Below are positions 59,839-64,000 of a stretch of DNA of 64,000 nt, piece after piece. The DNA comes from Polyangiales bacterium (lineage in GTDB: Bacteria > Myxococcota_A > Polyangia > Polyangiales > Polyangiaceae). The position numbers were made by a program, and so were the translations under genes. Where the stretch lies: assembly GCA_038231275.1 (NCBI GenBank), contig JBBRLQ010000001.1:384001-448000 (forward strand), read 5' to 3'. Below the pieces are notes generated by a model that was not told the origin of the DNA, made no database searches, and worked only from the letters and a program-made list of their open reading frames with translations. Positions within the stretch are counted from its first letter, which is position 1. The number at the start of each line of letters is the position of its first letter.

Positions 59839-60962
59839 ATGAACGGAGCGAGGCCCGACTGGCACGTCGCGGCGCAGCGACCGGTCGCCACGTCGATCGC
59901 CGTACCCGCGGCGCAGGCGGGCGCCGAGACGGCCGGCACGGGCACCTGGGCAGGAGCGGGAGGCGCGATGGGGCCGCTCGCGACGCGCGCCTCGACGACC
60001 TCGGCGTCGCGCAGGTGGGCTCGGAGGCTCGCCTCGCTCATCCACACGTAGCCTCCGTCGCCCCACTGCCGTCCCCAGCTGTTGTGCACGAGAAACTGCC
60101 GCGAGGCTCCCACCGTTCGATAGCCGACGAGCGCGATCGCGTGGCCGCCGCGATCGGCACGCTCGTATTCGGGCAGAACGCCGCCCTTCGCTCCGCGCCA
60201 ACTCCACGCCGCGCTGTCGATGTCGATCTGCGCGAACACTTCACGCCCGCTCGCGAGGGAGCTGACGATCTGCTCGATCGGACGGTTCTTCAGCACGCGC
60301 GCGCGACCCGTCCACGCCACACCCGCGCGCGCCGCGCGATCGCGCTCGGCGGCGAGCACCGGATCGGCGTGCCATGACCCCGCCTGCACACCGTACGACT
60401 GCTCGCAGCTGTCGTGGCGATCGAGGAAGCGGCACGCCTTCACAGGATCGTACGGCCACGAGCTCTCCAGCGCGATCGCCTCGCGCGGCGAGTCCCTCCA
60501 CAGATCGCTCCAGCCATCTTCGGCGACGAAGTGGAGCGGCGAGAGCACGTCGGCTCGACCCTGCCGGCGCAGCGAGTTCTCGAGGACGCTCGTGATCGCG
60601 AAGGCGAAGCACACACCCGTCTGCTTCTGATCCTTCGTCGGCCCGTCGAGGCCTTGCGCGCGCAGATCGACCCCGACGGGTACGATCGCGGGAAGGGGCA
60701 GGTCGAGCGTAGGCGCGTCGGGGGGCGGCTTCGGGAGCGCGGCGGCGCATGGGATCGGGACGAAGATCCCCGGAGCGATCTCCACCGGGGGGCACGATTG
60801 AACGGCCTGGAGGAACCGGCCGAGCTCGTTCGCAGGCGCGGGAGGAAGCGCAGGAACCCATCCCGGCGGCGGAATCGGCCACGAAGGCAGGGGATCGGCG
60901 CGCGCGCCGCGCGTCAGGAGGGTCGTCAGGAGGGCCATGCCGGCGAGGGCCGCGATGCGCAT
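59817..60962 (-). CDS. Secreted papain-family (C1) cysteine peptidase
   Basis: Signal peptide (ARA-D); VDLR, DQKQTGVCFAFA (Gln/Cys), GGHAIALVGY (His), NSWG..WGDGGY (Asn). Confidence 0.9.
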   Translation of the reverse strand: MRIAALAGMALLTTLLTRGARADPLPSWPIPPPGWVPALPPAPANELGRFLQAVQSCPPVEIAPGIFVPIPCAAALPKPPPDAPTLDLPLPAIVPVGVDLRAQGLDGPTKDQKQTGVCFAFAITSVLENSLRRQGRADVLSPLHFVAEDGWSDLWRDSPREAIALESSWPYDPVKACRFLDRHDSCEQSYGVQAGSWHADPVLAAERDRAARAGVAWTGRARVLKNRPIEQIVSSLASGREVFAQIDIDSAAWSWRGAKGGVLPEYERADRGGHAIALVGYRTVGASRQFLVHNSWGRQWGDGGYVWMSEASLRAHLRDAEVVEARVASGPIAPPAPAQVPVPAVSAPACAAGTAIDVATGRCAATCQSGLAPFMGRCWLG

Positions 60963-61005
60963 GGTCGACAGACCCTCGCAAGCGGCCTGCCAGCGAACTG
61001 AACCC

Positions 61006-63645
<2,640 letters not shown>

Positions 63646-63738
63646 TCATCGCAAGGAAGATTTGGGGAACAACCCCTGTTGTTTCCAGCACTTACGCTCT
63701 CCAGATCTACGCCTCAGGTTACCCACAGGCACGATCGG

Positions 63739-64000
63739 TCACGCGGGCCGAACGGTGCCCGAAACAACCCGCAAATCGACGCGGTCGCGAGGGCCTTCGG
63801 CGGCGCCGGTGTCGATCAACTCCGGCCGCGTCGTCGTGAGAAAGACCTGCCCTTCGTGCGCGCGCAGGAACGCGAACAGGGCGGCGGTGCGGCCGCGATC
63901 GAGCTCGCTCGAGACGTCGTCGAGCAAGAGCACCGGCCTCACGTCGCGCGCGGCGCCGACCACCTCGACCTCGGCGGCCTTGAGCGCGAGGACGACCGCG
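63739..64000 (-). CDS. recF: DNA replication/repair protein RecF, 3' end (truncated by the window)
   Basis: VLALKAAE...PVLLLDDVSSELD..R...QVFLTTT; immediately upstream of gyrB. Confidence 0.92.
   Translation of the reverse strand, partial: AVVLALKAAEVEVVGAARDVRPVLLLDDVSSELDRGRTAALFAFLRAHEGQVFLTTTRPELIDTGAAEGPRDRVDLRVVSGTVRPA

Overview
High-GC (about 70% by eye) chromosomal segment whose gene content and low-complexity lipoprotein style point to Myxococcota, probably Polyangiales (inference). It is probably origin-proximal: recF (partial) and gyrB sit at the right end, and two parS palindromes lie at 46.0 and 47.3 kb. About 48 CDSs mix housekeeping genes (tsaD, pccB, pyrH, dapF, aroC, aroK-aroB, zapA, bioF, bioD, clpB, gyrB, recF) with many secreted or lipoprotein accessory genes. 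The accessory set includes two GH13 amylases, a phosphoesterase, a beta-helix protein, a kinase-PEGA-vWA-PEGA cluster, two Cys-rich paralogues, an EXORDIUM/Phi-1-like protein, a GH3 and a C1 peptidase. I saw no rRNA, tRNA, CRISPR array or transposase. The most unusual signals are sub-gene scale. (1) A dispersed REP-like palindromic element occurs in three copies: one is a 72-nt in-frame insertion flanked by TGAGT direct repeats inside a Cys-rich gene, and two overlap gene stop codons. (2) A palindrome TGYA-N3-TRCA recurs inside genes and coincides with rare codons. (3) The parS sites overlap the bioF start region and the bioD coding sequence. (4) TANNNT boxes lie 6-11 nt before many start codons, suggesting leaderless expression. 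(5) A pseudo-GGDEF and pseudo-GTPase signalling pair follows dapF. All calls are by eye from motifs; no database searches were run.
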